A stretch of DNA of 64,000 nucleotides. It comes from Stegostoma tigrinum. Taxonomy: Eukaryota. The stretch spans positions 15,291,342-15,355,341 of the forward strand of contig NC_081391.1 of the NCBI RefSeq assembly GCF_030684315.1, read 5' to 3'. Each line of letters begins with the position of its first letter. Position 1 is the stretch's first letter. A program made the translations under genes and the position numbers. Under the pieces are notes generated by a model, which worked only from the letters and a program-made list of their open reading frames with translations, was not told the DNA's origin and ran no database searches. Below, one piece after another: positions 13,676 through 26,814 of this stretch.

Positions 13676-13997
13676 GGGCAGCACGGTGACTCAGTGGCTA
13701 ACATTGCTGCCTCTCAGTACCAGGGACCCAGGACTCCAGCCTTGGGTGACTGTGTGGGGAGTTTACATGTTCTCCCTGTGTCTGTATGCATTCCCTCCAG
13801 GTGCTCTGGTTTCCTCTCAATGCAAAGATGTACAGATTAGGTCGATTGACCATGCTAAAACTGCCCATACTGTCCTATGCAGATTTGGTGGGTTAGCCAT
13901 GGGAAATGTAGGGTTACAGGGATAAGGTATGCTTTTCAGAGGATTAGTATGTTCTTGATGGGCTGAATGGCCTGTTTCCACACTGTAGGGATTCTAG
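13676..13997 (+). mobile_element. HE1-like V-SINE
   Basis: Same head, core and tail as 1925-2262. Confidence 0.85.
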
Positions 13998-16018
13998 TTT
14001 TAAAAAAGATAAACTTCAATAAAACAATGGTTTGGCTTCAACTGGATTCAAGTCCAATTGTACGTGCCACACTTTTGAGAGAGATGTAAACGGAATTAGT
14101 AAGGGCATAGAAAGTATGAACAAGATTAGTTTCACAGTTGAGGAACATCAATTACGTAGAAAGGTTTGAAAAGTTAGGACTGTTCTCCTTGGAGAAGAAT
14201 GAAAGCAGATTTCATACAGTTACTTAAATTATGAAGGGTCTGGACAGAGTAGTAGGACCTGGTGCAAGGATTAAGAACCAGAGGGAACAGTACTAATGTC
14301 AACGGCAAAAGCAGCAATGGGAACAGGAAGAAAACTTTTCACGGACTCCAAATCCTGGAATTCTCTTCCTAATGGCATTGCAGGGCAAACCACTGCAGGT
14401 GGGCAGCAGTGCTTCACGAAGGCAGCCCATTGCCAAGGGCAACTAGAGACGGTTAATAAATGCTGGCCAGCCAACAATGCTCACATTTCACAAATGAATA
14501 AAACAAAACATAGCAAGTGAATAGGATCTGGAACGCACTAACTGAAAGTATAGGGGAGTCACATGAGGATTTCAAACGGGAATTGAACAACTATTTGAGA
14601 AGAAAATATTTCAGAGTTGCAGGGACAAGGCAGCGTAGCAGTACCTGGTAAACTACATCTTCAGAGAACCAACGCACACAATGAGACAAATGGTGTCCTT
14701 GTGTGTTGTAACCATTCTACACTTACATAAACTTTACATATCACTGGTTACGCCTCAACTAGAAAATTATAGACAATCCTTTCATATTGCCACATTTCAG
14801 AAAGCTGTAAAGCCTTAGATGGGGTATAGAGGAATTTTTCAAGGATAAACATCATCAGTTCGAGGGGAGGTTTGATAGCTTCAGCCTATTCTTTAGCAAA
14901 GAAGCAAGGTTACGAGGTGGTCTAACACAACTTTTCAAGATGAGGGGAGGTTTTCATAGAAAGTAGAAAAAAAAATTCCTCAAGTACTCCACTGTATGAG
15001 TCATTGAGCAGAAGTCAAAGATTTTAAGTGATTGTGAAAAGATCAAAAAGTGTTTTGAGCTACGAAGCAGAACTTACCTAAAAGGTGGAAGATGATTCCG
15101 TCAATATTTTAAAACATTTAGGCAAGTACTTGAGGGTAAGGAATTTTTAAATTTACAGACAAAAGCAGTGAAATGGGACTATGCTGACTGCACCTTTACA
15201 GTACCAACACACACAGGATGGGCTGCAGGTTCTCTTACGTTCCAAAGTTTCCATGATTCTATCAACTGTCAAAGCTGGAATTTCTGAGATCTATATCACT
15301 TATGAGGTACAGCTTTTATGAAAAGGAGCTATATGCAATGTGTTAATCTCTTTATTTCCTTTTTTTTCCTCAAAGGAATAATAATGAACAAATCACCAAA
15401 GTAACATATTTCCTATCCTGTAGGACTGTTTCGGGAACCTCCAGAAAGTAAAGCTCAATCTGTCACATACTGCTGAGGTGTACGTGAGAGAGAAAAAAGA
15501 ATTGAGATAATAAAGTGGTATTTTTATAGGCAATCAAGAATCATCTTTTTGGTTTGGACCTGAAGAGGGCATTTACTGTCCAACTGACACAGGAAGATAA
15601 TGAGCCATGAGGCTGAACCAGTTCTCTTTTCATCAAGGAATATCATTTCACAGTTGTCAGTTGCCTGCCAGTATATTGATCCAAGTGACTGATTTAGAGT
15701 TCAACTGTTGAATGCCATCAGGTACACAAAGATCTACATTGTCCTCACTGATTGCCGAAACAGGAGTATTATGCAGGTGGAAGTACTGAAAAGAAACCTG
15801 GAACAGAAATACTAAGTGACATGCTATCCTTTTAAGACGTGCACAGAACAGCTGCTATCCACATTGAGTCCACCTAATTTAAGTATTGTTGTTTCAATTG
15901 TAGTCACATAAACGCATCTGAAGTGTAACTACAAGCATGAGGGCTCTTGTGGTGCATTAGTGCTATCCCTACCTCTGAGCCAGAAACCCTGGTTCTTGAG
16001 CCATTTGCTCCAGAGGTG

Positions 16019-16956
16019 AGAGTGATAATGGGAAATGCAGATGCTGGAGAATCCAAGATAACAAAGCATGGAGCTGGATGAACACAGCAGGCCAAGCAGC
16101 ATCTCAGGAGCACAAAAGCTGATGTTTTGGGCCTAGACCCTTCAGAGAGGGGTCAGGGAGAGGGAACTGGAGTAAATAGGGAGAGAGGGGGAGGCGGACC
16201 GAAGATGGAGAGAAAAGAAGATAGGTAGAGAGGAGAGTATAGGTGAGGCGGTAGGGAGGGGATAGGTCAGTCAAGGGAAGACGGACAGGTCAGGGAGGCG
16301 GGATGAGGTGGTAGGTAGGAAATGGAGGTGCGGCTTGAGGTGAGAGGAAGGGATGGGTGAGAGGAAGAACAGGTTATGGAAGCGGAGACAGGCTGGGCTG
16401 GTTTTGTGATGCAGTGGGGAGAGGGGAAGAACTGGGCTGGTTTTGGGATGCAGTGGGGGAGGGGGAGATTTTGAAGCTTGTGAAGTCCACATTGATATCA
16501 TTGGGCTGCAGGGTTCCCAAGCGGAATATGAGTTGCTGTTCTTGCAACCTTCAGGTGGCATCATTGTGGCACTGCAGGAGGCCCATGATGGACATGTCGT
16601 CTGAGGAATGGGAGGGGGAGTTAAAATGGTTCGCGACTGGGAGGTGCAGTTGTTTGCTGCGACCAAGCGGAGGTGTTCTGCAAAGCGGTCCCCAAGCCTC
16701 CGCTTGGTTTCTCCATTGTAGAGGAGGCCACACCGGGTACAATGGATGCAATATACCACATTGGCAGATGAGCAGGTGAACATCTGTTTGATATGGAAGG
16801 TCATCTTGGGGCCTGGGATGGGGGTGAGGGAGGTGGTGTGGGGGCAAGTGTAGCACTTCCTGCGGTTGCTAGGGAAGGTTTCGGGTGTGGTGGGGTTGGA
16901 GGGGAGTGTGGAGCGGACAAGGGAGTTGCGGAGAGAGTGGTGCATCTCAGGAGTGT
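16019..16956 (-). mobile_element. 5'-truncated Penelope-like retroelement (GIY-YIG endonuclease end plus pLTR) inserted into a SINE-like repeat
   Basis: ORF 16271-16945 has C-x2-C..H, NVVYCIHCTRCGLLYNGETKRRLGDRFAEH (GIY-YIG). TSD cagaggtg at 16011-16018 and 16957-16964. Confidence 0.9.
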
Positions 16957-18123
16957 CAGAGGTGTGTCATGTCATCTTGGAACAGGTTGTTAGAAAATGT
17001 AATAACCGTGAGGCTGAATGGTCCGAGATTCTGGATTCAGGTTTTAGTCTCAATGGAGGAACTGTTTAAAGCCTGCTGCTGCCAGAGCGAGCAATTTACT
17101 TTCTCTGAGACAGCACTTGTTCTGCAGTGATAATGTCCCTACCTTTTGGCCAAAAGGCCTGGATGCAAGTCCCACCTGCTCTAGAAAAATGTTATAGCAT
17201 GTCTCATTGGGTTAATTACAAAGAAAAAAGGGAGGGAGAAAGGAATCGGAAAAATTTTGATATAGTGAAATGAGTAGTGAGAGAGGGGGTTTTTCCACAG
17301 TACGGACCAGAAGGGCTGAATGAACAGAACCTAGACTCTAAATTATAATTAGTTCTTCAAACATCCATTTCTCCTGAAGGGTGGTAGAAATCATTGACAG
17401 GAATAATGATTCCAGAAACTGCAATTATAATTATGTAGTACCATCACCACAGACTTGGTTTGTTTTGTTTAAACATATAAAAATTCCACCCAATAATCTT
17501 GTTGTGAGATCAGATATTCTGAATCAAATGTCAACTTCAGGAATTTGTGGGGGGGTGGTGGGGTGATTGGAGTGATTGGAAAGAACAAGAAATACTAGTT
17601 GTCTTGCAAGCTTGAAAATGGTGCATTCCACAATTACAGTCAGCTGCACACCGAGGGCAGTTTAGTTTTCATTTGAACCTTTTGGAGTGGATTTTCTATT
17701 TTTATTTCCAAAAACACAGTTTAGCTTCTAACTAATCTGCAACTCATCTGCAGCAAAAGGGAACAGAAATGGTTAGCACCATAGCATATTTAGGAATTCT
17801 GTGTCATTCTTATAACTTCATGCAGATTCCTTTCATAAATTATAAGTGGCCTGTTGTAATATATTAATTACCTGTTCCTGGAGCCTGTATCAATGAACAA
17901 AAAGGTATTTGTTTTAGTTGCTGTAGATGAAGGGTACGAAGTGAAAAAAAAATCAGCTGGATATGAACAACTTACTGAAAAGGCCACAAACAGGACGACT
18001 GTTTCAAAAAAAAATGTTAAAACACAAATTAGAGAAAAGAAGGGAAAGAAATTAAATTTCAGAAGAGGGAAAGCTAGTTCTAACTCTCCCGACATAAAGG
18101 AAATTGGCTGTCCACCTGTGGGA

Positions 18124-18722
18124 GTGATAATGGGAACTGCAGATGCTGGAGAATCCAAGATAACAAAGTGTGGAGCTGAATGAACACAGCAGGCCAAGCA
18201 GCATCTCAGGAGCACAAAAGCTGACGTTTCGGCCTAGACCCTTCATCACAGAGGGAGATGGGGAGAGGGAACTGGAATAAATAGGGAGAGAGGGGGAGGC
18301 GGACCAAAGATGGAGAGAAAACAAGATAGGTAGAGAGGAGAGTACAGGTGGGGAGGTAGGGAGGGGATAGGTCAGTCCAGGGAAGACGGACAGGTCAAGG
18401 AAGCGGGATGAGGTGGTAGGTAGGAAATGGAGGTGCGGCTTGAGGTGGGAGGAAGGGATGGGTGAGAGGAAGAACATGTTACGGAAACAGACAGGCTGGG
18501 CTGGTTTTGGGATGCAGTGGGGGGAGGGGACGAGCTGGGCTGGTTTTGTGATACAGTGGGGGGAGGGGAAAGAACTGGGCTGGTTTTGGGATGTAGTAGG
18601 GGAAGGGGAGATTTTGAAGCTTGTGAAGTCCACGTTGATACCATTGGGCTGAAGGGTTCCCAAGCAGAATAGGAGTTGGTGTTCCTGCAACCTTTGGGTG
18701 GCATCATTGTGGCACTGCAGGA
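18124..18722 (-). mobile_element. 5'-truncated Penelope-like element
   Basis: GIY-YIG C-terminus (LQEHQLLFCLGTLQPNGINVDF) plus pLTR. 14-bp TSD gtccacctgtggga at 18110-18123 and 18723-18736. Confidence 0.9.
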
Positions 18723-19829
18723 GTCCACCTGTGGGAACCTCATTTGACAGCCGTTCAGTTGCTCCACAAACTCGCTCATGGAAAACATTATTCAGGAATG
18801 CGTTGTCACTAGCCATTTCTAACACTTCTCACAACCACTTCCAACTTCATAAACACACGCATCTTCTCAGGCTGATTAGAGTTGCAGATAAGCCATAACG
18901 TAGGAAAACCGAAGCCCTCCACTCCAATCCCACAAAACAGTGTCATCCTAGTTCACAACTCCTTCATTGAAGTTGGACTAAGCCAGATGGTACACAAACT
19001 CAGCATTGTGCTCAACTCGAGAACTTAGATTCAAATCCTGATTTCCTACAGGTCAGGTAAACCAAGTCTCCCTTCTGTAATATTACCAACTTGAAACCCC
19101 ACCTCTCCTCTAATTTTAAATTATTAACCGTACCTACAGTAGCTTGACATTCAACTGACCTATTCTACAAAGTCTCACCTCCCTTTCTACACTTAAAATC
19201 AAAAAACTGCACAAATTTATAAGTTCCTGTCCAGCCTTGTACAAATCTAGCCCCTCCGGCTTTACGGCTTAGATGATCTGTCACAACTATTTCCAGGCTT
19301 CCTCATTTTAGATTAAAACTGAATTCCCTTGTCATGCCTGACTGGGGTAGCACGTCGGAAATCAAACCCCACAATTCCTGGGGTTATCGCCAGCGTTGCC
19401 ACTAATCTCTGCAGCTGCTCAGACATTCTACACATACCAAATGGTGTGAACAAAGCATCAACACATTGACTTTCACTTTCAAAAGTCGCTGCCATGCATA
19501 CATCTGAAGTCCCTGTGCCAAAAAAAATTGGAGTGAGTAGTAGTTGTCACAAAGAGTCAAAAGATTTTTGAAAATATTCAATTTCCCAATTTACCTGTCT
19601 TTTAGATTCAGATTGACAAAGCATGTTCCAGGTTTCTGTATTTAAGCACTGCTGTCTATAACAATTAAATAAACACTGGAGATAGACAGGCAATTACAAA
19701 CAATTGTCATAAAACTGTAATCATTAAAACTCTAACCCCCTTATAAATAACTTGACACAGATATATGGATAGAAAAAAAATCAGAGTAATAGGCAGAGGG
19801 AAATTAAAAAAAAATAGGAAAGCAGTTCT

Positions 19830-20435
19830 CAGAGATAATGGGAACTGCAGATGCTGGAGAATCTGAGATAAAGCGTGAAGCTGGATGAACACAGCAGGCC
19901 AAGCAGCATCTCAGGAGCACAAAAGCTGATGTTTCGGGCCTAGGCCATTCATCAGAGACGTGCACAGAACAGCTGCTATCCACATTGAGTCCACCTAATT
20001 TAAGTATTGTTGTTTCAATTGAAGTCACATAAACGCATCTGAAGTGTAACTACAAGCATGAGGGCTCTTGTGGTGTATTAGTGCTATCCCTACCTCTGAG
20101 CCAGAAACCCTGGTTCTTGAGCCATTTGCTCCAGAGGTGAGAGTGATAATGGGAAATGCAGATGCTGGAGAATCCAAGATAACAAAGTGTGGAGCTGGAT
20201 GAACACAGCAGGCCAAGCAGCATCTCAGGAACACAAAAGCTGACATTTCGGGCCTAGACCCTTCAGAGAGGGGGACAGGGAGAGGGAACTGGAGTAAATA
20301 GGGAGAGAGGGGGAGGCGGACCGAAGATGGAGAGAAAAGAAAATAGGTAGAGAGGAGAGTATAGGTGAGGAGGTAGGGAGGGGATAGGTCAGTCCAGGGA
20401 AGACAGACAGGTCAAGGTGGTGGGATGAGGTTAGT
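19830..20435 (-). mobile_element. Composite Penelope insertion: pLTR piece, ~185 bp transduced flank from 15835-16020, and a second pLTR piece
   Basis: 19956-20430 is near-identical to 15835-16310. The whole unit is bounded by TSD gaaagcagttct at 19818-19829 and 20436-20447. Confidence 0.85.
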
Positions 20436-20638
20436 GAAAGCAGTTCTGTAGTCTCTGTACACAGGACTTGCCAAGATGATTCCCTGTTCTGATAACTCAT
20501 TGGGTAGCTAACTAGAAATGAAACATCATGATACTTGGAGTCATCACAAAAGTTAAAGCTTTTAATTGAAATACACAATTCCCAAACTACTACATTTTCA
20601 GACCCAAACAGATAAAAGAAATACTTCATTACAGATAA

Positions 20639-20736
20639 CAAAGTGTGAAGCTGGATGAACACAGCAGGCCAAGCAGCATCTCAGGAGTACAAAAGCTGAC
20701 GTTTCGGGCCTAGACCCTTCGGAAGTTCCCATTATC
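20639..20736. mobile_element. Tiny Penelope pLTR insertion with an inverted terminus
   Basis: Minus-strand pLTR piece followed by a plus-strand agttcccattatc end. 16-bp TSD acttcattacagataa at 20623-20638 and 20737-20752. Confidence 0.8.
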
Positions 20737-21949
20737 ACTTCATTACAGATAATTTCGTTCTAACTATCTGTAAACAATTAAGTAGATTCTACAATGTAAA
20801 ACATTAGGTCTCTTGTAAATTTCTACACACAGGTACAAACATAGATGGGGTGGGGGGGGGGGGGGGAGGAGGAATCAGCAAAGGGAAAATTGTAGAAAAA
20901 CGGTTCCATAGTCTTTGATCACAAAATCTGGTGGTTGGTTTTTACTGATATGAAGATTCATCCTCCAAACCTTTCCACTGTTTTGCAAGAGACAAGGAGC
21001 AAAAGGTTCACTTAAGGGGGCTCATATTAATCCAATTCAAAGTCACAACCTGTACCATCTGAAGGTAAAGATAAGCCAGTTTCTTCAGGTTTAAGGAGAG
21101 AACTGCATGTTTTTGCTAGCTTTGCAGACCTGTTAGCTTCTCTTCTAGTTTGACTAGCTTCTCTTTATCCTGTTCACAGTCCAAGCTGTTCAACCACCTG
21201 ACAAGTTGCTGCCAAGAGAATTGTTCTCATTGATAACTGATCTGTTTGCATGTTGCCGGAACCCACACTTACACAAACAGGGTTCACAAGTTATTTACTT
21301 TCAGAACATGCAGCAATCCTTGTAAATCACTGGTTTTCAAAACAGCTCTTTCTCATTTCAGTCTGCAATTTTAAAAAGCATAAAAAGTAATGGTCTTAAC
21401 ACTGATCAGAATGCTGCTTCTTGATCTTCCTTCTGTGGATGCTTTCAATCATTTGCTAGAGGCATAGGGTGACTTGTCTCTTACTTATTAAGTCACAGCT
21501 TACAGCAACTTCTGAACGAAGGATGACTGGTTTTCTTCTTAGAAGTAATTTGTACTGTAGGGAACAGAGACAGCCTCTCAGTCTGTGGAAATCTGACAAC
21601 TTTACACCATCTTGATCACATTAGCAAGCTGTTCAGCTAACCTGGAAACAACCACAAATGTTGGCAGGCAGAAGACTTTTGTTATCAGCAATTCATCACT
21701 AGCTAAGAACCAATCAGCCACCTGTTGCAGGCTGAATCTTCACAACCTTTGGCTGCAGCTCATCTGCAAAAAATCTACTTGAACCAGCAGCTATATAAAC
21801 AGCACTTACGTATTTCAGGTTACTTGTTTTTAAAAACTGCAGTAATCCTTCAGCAATCTTTGGCTTCTAAAACACTGTCTTTACACCTTCCTAAAACAAT
21901 TTATTTTCTATCATTCAGTTCTTTATTTCACGTATGAAGCATGCAGCAA

Positions 21950-22340
21950 CTGTCTTTTATGAAACACAGGTCCTGTGGCAAGTAGGTCTGGTATTGAACA
22001 AGAAATTGATTGCATGCTCGTAAATTCTAAGTTGTTGTTAATGGGTGTATTTCTGCATCAGGAACTGCAGCATTTTATCTCTGAATCATTGGTCTTGACC
22101 ACATTTAATGGTGCCGTGGACTGGGGTCTCAATAATTCATTGATGATGGTAATGTTTGTGCACATATCATGACTATGGATGAATGCAAACAGATATGACT
22201 GTGGGAAGCTGCCAGTTGATGGAGTAAATACTGCTTATGCCAGTGAATACAGCTAATGCCAAATGTGCATTCTGCAGTAGGGATTCCAAACTGAAAATTG
22301 TTGCGTAGGGAAGTACTCAAATGCAAAACTGATATTAATC
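21950..22340 (+). mobile_element. Possible very old RTE-like LINE 3' remnant
   Basis: Faint resemblance only: a W.GH-like segment and a terminal KCAFCSR CxxC-like peptide. No intact ORF. Confidence 0.25.
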
Positions 22341-22357
22341 TCAATCTTCTCAAGGAC

Positions 22358-22704
22358 GACATGGTGGCTCAGTGATTATCACTGCTGCCTGACAGCACCA
22401 GGGACACAGGTTCAATTCCTGTCTTGGGCAACCACCTGAGTGAAATTTGCATATTCTCACATTGGCGTGGCTTTCCTCCTGGTGCTGTGGTTTCTTCCCA
22501 CAATCCAAAGTTTGGCAAGCTAGGTGGATTGGCCATGCTAAATTGCCCATAGTGTCCAGGGATGTGTAGGTTAGGTGGATTAGCCATGGGAAATGCAGGG
22601 TTAAAGAAATAGGGTGGGGGAGAGTGAGTCTGGGTGGGATGCTTTGGAGAATCAGCATGGACTTATTGGGCTGAATGGCCTGTTTCCACACTATAGGGGT
22701 TCTA
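22358..22704 (+). mobile_element. HE1-like V-SINE
   Basis: tRNA head (ggtggctcagtgattatcactgctgcc...ggttcaattcc), V-domain and CR1-type tail. Confidence 0.85.
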
Positions 22705-24619
22705 CTTAAGACAAGTCAATAGCAAAGCGTCAAGTATACTTGAATGGTAGGATGATCCAATACATAAAGCACCACATTGTTCTTGTACAAATCTTGCCAA
22801 GCCTCATGCGTAATATTGTTTTTAATTCTCTCATGATGGTGATTTTAGAAGCTTTCAGAAGAAAAAGCCATTAGATTGATATCTAGCCTGCAAATCCTAA
22901 ATTATTACAAAGTTGGGTGTGTTTTGCCTGAGAAAAGCATGGATGTTGCCTGTCTTTAACAAAGGGATTAAACTGTGCGTACATGAATTAGACTAGAAAG
23001 AAGCAAGATACATGTATATAGGTTAAGTAAACAGTTTTTTTTTAAAAATACTGACAGTATTCAACCTTTGGACCAACTTATAACAGATATGGATTTGAAG
23101 GGAGAAGAAAGAGCAAGTGCTGTGGCTAAAATCACAATGTACAAACAATAAGTATTGTGAAATTAACTTCACGGTCACCATGATCTCTTCGATCTAAGAA
23201 TCAGAATGAAATTCTAAAGATCCTTTCCCTCAAACTAACTGAGGGTTTTTGACTTTGCGACATGTCACAGCTGCTGGTGGGAAAGGGGGATTGAGAAACA
23301 AGATATCCAGCTGTACCATGGCTTGGTGCAACTGTTGGCCTTTCCTGTCCATTTCATTTGAACTTTTACAAATGCATTCTGGTGGTGGTGTTGCATTTAC
23401 TTGTCAGAGCCCTAAGTGAAAGGCTAAGGACTGCATTTTCCCTAGCAAGATGAGTAGTTCAAAAGCCCAGTGGAAATAGAGAATAAACTTCTGAAAATAT
23501 AATCCAGCCCTTATTTGTATTTAAAAAATTCATGTAATTTATTCAAAACTTTTCAAGTGTTCAATTTCTTAGAAAAGTAACCTTTGTTTCAGACTCTGCA
23601 AAAAGATAATCATTTAACAACCTCTAAATTGTCGATCAAACTGTGAACTTAAACCCCAGATGAAAAATGTGTTTATTTTCAAATTTAAGCAAACATCTAT
23701 GATGACATAATAAAGGCTCAAGAAATTAACAAGGAAACTCTACTGAAACGGTTAAAACAGACATTAACGTATTTTTTCTAAATTGCATCAGACAGCCTGA
23801 CATGTAACATAGCCCAGCAGACATTTTAAACACTCATTAACACAAAGTCTTTTTTCCTCTCAAGTTTAAAGAGTAGGGGATCTTTAAGACCTTCAGGTTA
23901 CAAATTTAAATAGAACTAATCCACCTTTAAAGAGCATTTATGTCTACTCGAATTCATGGCTCTCACACTATAGGTGAAGGTGCTTGGAACAGGCAAAATT
24001 GGGTCTGTTTGAACTCAACCCTAGGTGTGATTAACATCCCACAACTTTCCCTATGCCCAAGTTAAATGTGAAAAAAACTATTTAAAGTAATACTTCATTA
24101 AGTGCCGTAAAGTAGGAAAAGCAGCAATTAATTTGGGTGTTGTGCACTCCTAAAACTGCCAAGTTACAGGATCAGATAATCTGTTTTTGTAATTTAGTCG
24201 AGATAAGTAAGGGCACAAGGAAGAACTCCCCACTCTTCTTTGAAAGTGCCATGGACTATTTTATATGCACCTGGCAGGTACAGAATGAGATTCAGTTAAT
24301 ATCTCATCCAAAAGCACTTTCCAACATCATTGAGGGAAATGGCTCAGAGCACTTAAGTGAACAACGTGAAAGTATCTCATAGCTGTCAGTGCAGCACCTA
24401 TCCTTGACTCAATATCAAGTTTCTGTGGAACTAAGGCTCAGCAATGCTATTCAAGATAACAGCCTGCACGAACCTTAATAGGTTTCATAAGTATGTTTTG
24501 TAAAATGGCTCTAATTGGGCATAAATATTTTGCACTCCTTGGTGGTTAGTGCTTTTCTCTTTGCTTGTTTTAGTTGTGGTGCAAAGGACAGACAGCAGAC
24601 AAGGGGAGACAAAGGCCTG

Positions 24620-24940
24620 GGTAGCATCATCACTGGACTGTTAATCTAAAGACCCAGGGAATGTTCTGGGGACCTGGGTTCAAATCTCAGCACAGCAGAT
24701 GGTGGAATTTGAATTCAATAAAAATCTGGAGTTCAGAGTCCAATGATGACCATGAAACCATTGTTAATTATCAGGAAAAAAACCCACCTGGTTCACTGCC
24801 ATCTCTACTTGGTCTGGCCGACTTGTGACTCCAGAACCACACCAATGTCGATGACTCTCAACTGTCTTCTGGACAATTAGGATGGACTCTAAATGATGGC
24901 CTAGCCAGTGATGCCTTTGTCCCATGAATGAATTTAAAAA
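24620..24940 (+). mobile_element. Second shark tRNA-derived SINE family
   Basis: cactggactgttaatct...ggttcaaatc (B-box-like)...gaatttgaattcaataaa, tail cccatgaatgaatttaaaaa. A related copy lies at ~43355-43690. Confidence 0.65.
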
Positions 24941-24945
24941 GAACG

Positions 24946-25483
24946 AGCGAGTTTTGAGAAGATTTGTAGCTCAGGTTGAGGTTCTGGATGTGAGTTTGCT
25001 TGCTGAGCTGGAAGGTTAGTTTTCAGATGTTTCGTCACCATTCTAGGTAACATCTTCAGTGAGCCTTCAACGAAGCACTGGTGTTATGTCCCGCTTTCTA
25101 TTTATCTGGTTAGGTTTCCTTGGGTTGGTGATGTCATTTCCTGTTCTTTTTCTCAGGGGATGGTAGATTGGCTCCAAATCAATGTGTTTGTTGATGGAGT
25201 TCCGGTTGGAATGCCATGCTTCCAGGAATTCTCGTGCATGTCTCTGTTTGGCTTGTCCTAGGATGGATGTGTTGTCCCAATCAAAGTGGTGTCCTTCCTT
25301 ATCTGTATGTAAGGATACGAGTGATAGTGGGTCATGTCGTTTTGTGGCTCGTTGATGTTCATGTATCCTGGTGGCTAGCTTCCTGCCAGTTTGTCCAATG
25401 TAGTGTTTGTCACAGTTCTTGCAAGGTATTTTGTAGATGACGTTCATTTTATTTGTTGTCTGTATAGGGTCTTTTAAGTTCAT
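24946..25483 (-). mobile_element. 5'-truncated Penelope-like element (second family) with GIY-YIG domain and hammerhead-bearing pLTR
   Basis: ORF 25067-25483 reads NVIYKIPCKNCDKHYIGQTGRKLATRIHEH...REFLEAWHS..SIN. HHR-like core at 25023-25062. Confidence 0.9.
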
Positions 25484-25924
25484 TAAAAAGAACTTTCTGT
25501 CAAACCATTGGAATCACCTCTCAGGCATTGCAAACATTCACTTTAGGAAGCCTAACAAGTCAACCAATTCACAACATACCAAACTCGCCTACCACAGATG
25601 CTCACAACCCTCGTATTTTCGCCAATCAACATTGCAGGCCTGGGATACTGGGCTAGCAACACAAAGATCAATAACAAGTTCAAATTCCACCATGTCAAAT
25701 TGTGAAACCAAATTTAATGTTTAAACATGAGACAACAAAATACCATGAATGCTTTGAGCCTTGGCTCATATTAACCCTTCAACTAAGTCTGAATGTTGTA
25801 AATAACCTAATCCGACAGTTGAATAAAGCACTGAAGTTCAGTCAGAAATGCCATTTTTCAAATGATTCCTTAAGCAAAGCACCTCTCAAAGTATACAAAG
25901 GATCTTACATCACTAAACAAAAAT

Positions 25925-26128
25925 ACTGAAAGAACTGCAGATGCTAGAAGTCAAAAAGCAAAACAGAAATTGCTGGAACAACTCTGCAGGTCTGGCACCA
26001 TTTGTGGTGAGAAAGCAAAGTTTGTGTTTTAGGTCCAGTGACCCTTCTTCAGAACAGCAATAACTCTGCTTTTGCTCCACGGATGCTACCAGACCTGCCG
26101 ATTCTTTCCAGGAATTTCTGTTTTGTAC
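25925..26128. mobile_element. Palindromic Penelope-derived element
   Basis: gaactgcagatgct...gcaggtctggcacc...gacccttcttcagaac followed by a partial inverted arm. Confidence 0.65.
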
Positions 26129-26814
26129 CTTGTATCACTATACTGAGAAAAGTTTGAGAATTCCCCTTGGAGCAGTAGTTGCAGTACAGATATTTGCTAA
26201 TGTCAATAAAACAGATGATTCATTCATTTATTTCACTGTTATTTTTTGGGAATATGAAATACACAGATTGGCTGCTGTGATTCTTGTATTAAAGCAGAGA
26301 ACAGTTCAGAGGAAAACACAAAGTGCTTTGAGAAGTCTGTGCCGAGTTTCTCGTGCTCACATCTTTGGAGTGAGATTTGACTACATAAATCATTGCATTT
26401 ACACTACAGCAGGACACTGACAACATCAACACTGTAAAAGGCATTCCATAATGTGCCCAATTATAAACTCAATAGCCAATTTGAAGTCTTAAGATTGTGG
26501 AGAAGTGTTGTTTTTCAGAATGGAGATCGAGCAGAGGTACCCAACAGTGTTGATGCTGGGACCACTACTGTTTTTGATATACCATAATTAGCAAGGTTTC
26601 ATGGCTTGAAACTTGGAAACGTAATTAAGAGGACAATAGCACATTAGGATATCCTCTATTGTGGTGTTTAGTATGATCACCATGCTGTGCGGGATAGGTT
26701 TCAAACATAACTAGCAACTTAAAACTGGTCATTCATGAAGCACTGTAGCTATCAGAGGCAGAATTGTTTTTAACCACAACCTGTAACTTCATGGATCAGC
26801 ATACACATGTGGCA

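Noticed and set aside
15560-15797. Minus-strand acceptor-like site (ttctgttccag) with a short open frame
   Set aside because: The frame stops early, there is no clear donor and I recognise no homology. It could still be a UTR exon but is unsupported.
17872-17974. Possible minus-strand UTR exon ending at ACAG|GTAATT
   Set aside because: The acceptor is ambiguous and the content is T-rich and intron-like; it needs transcript data.
20450-21400. Possible solo LTR
   Set aside because: No second copy, primer-binding site, polypurine tract or TSD that I could verify.
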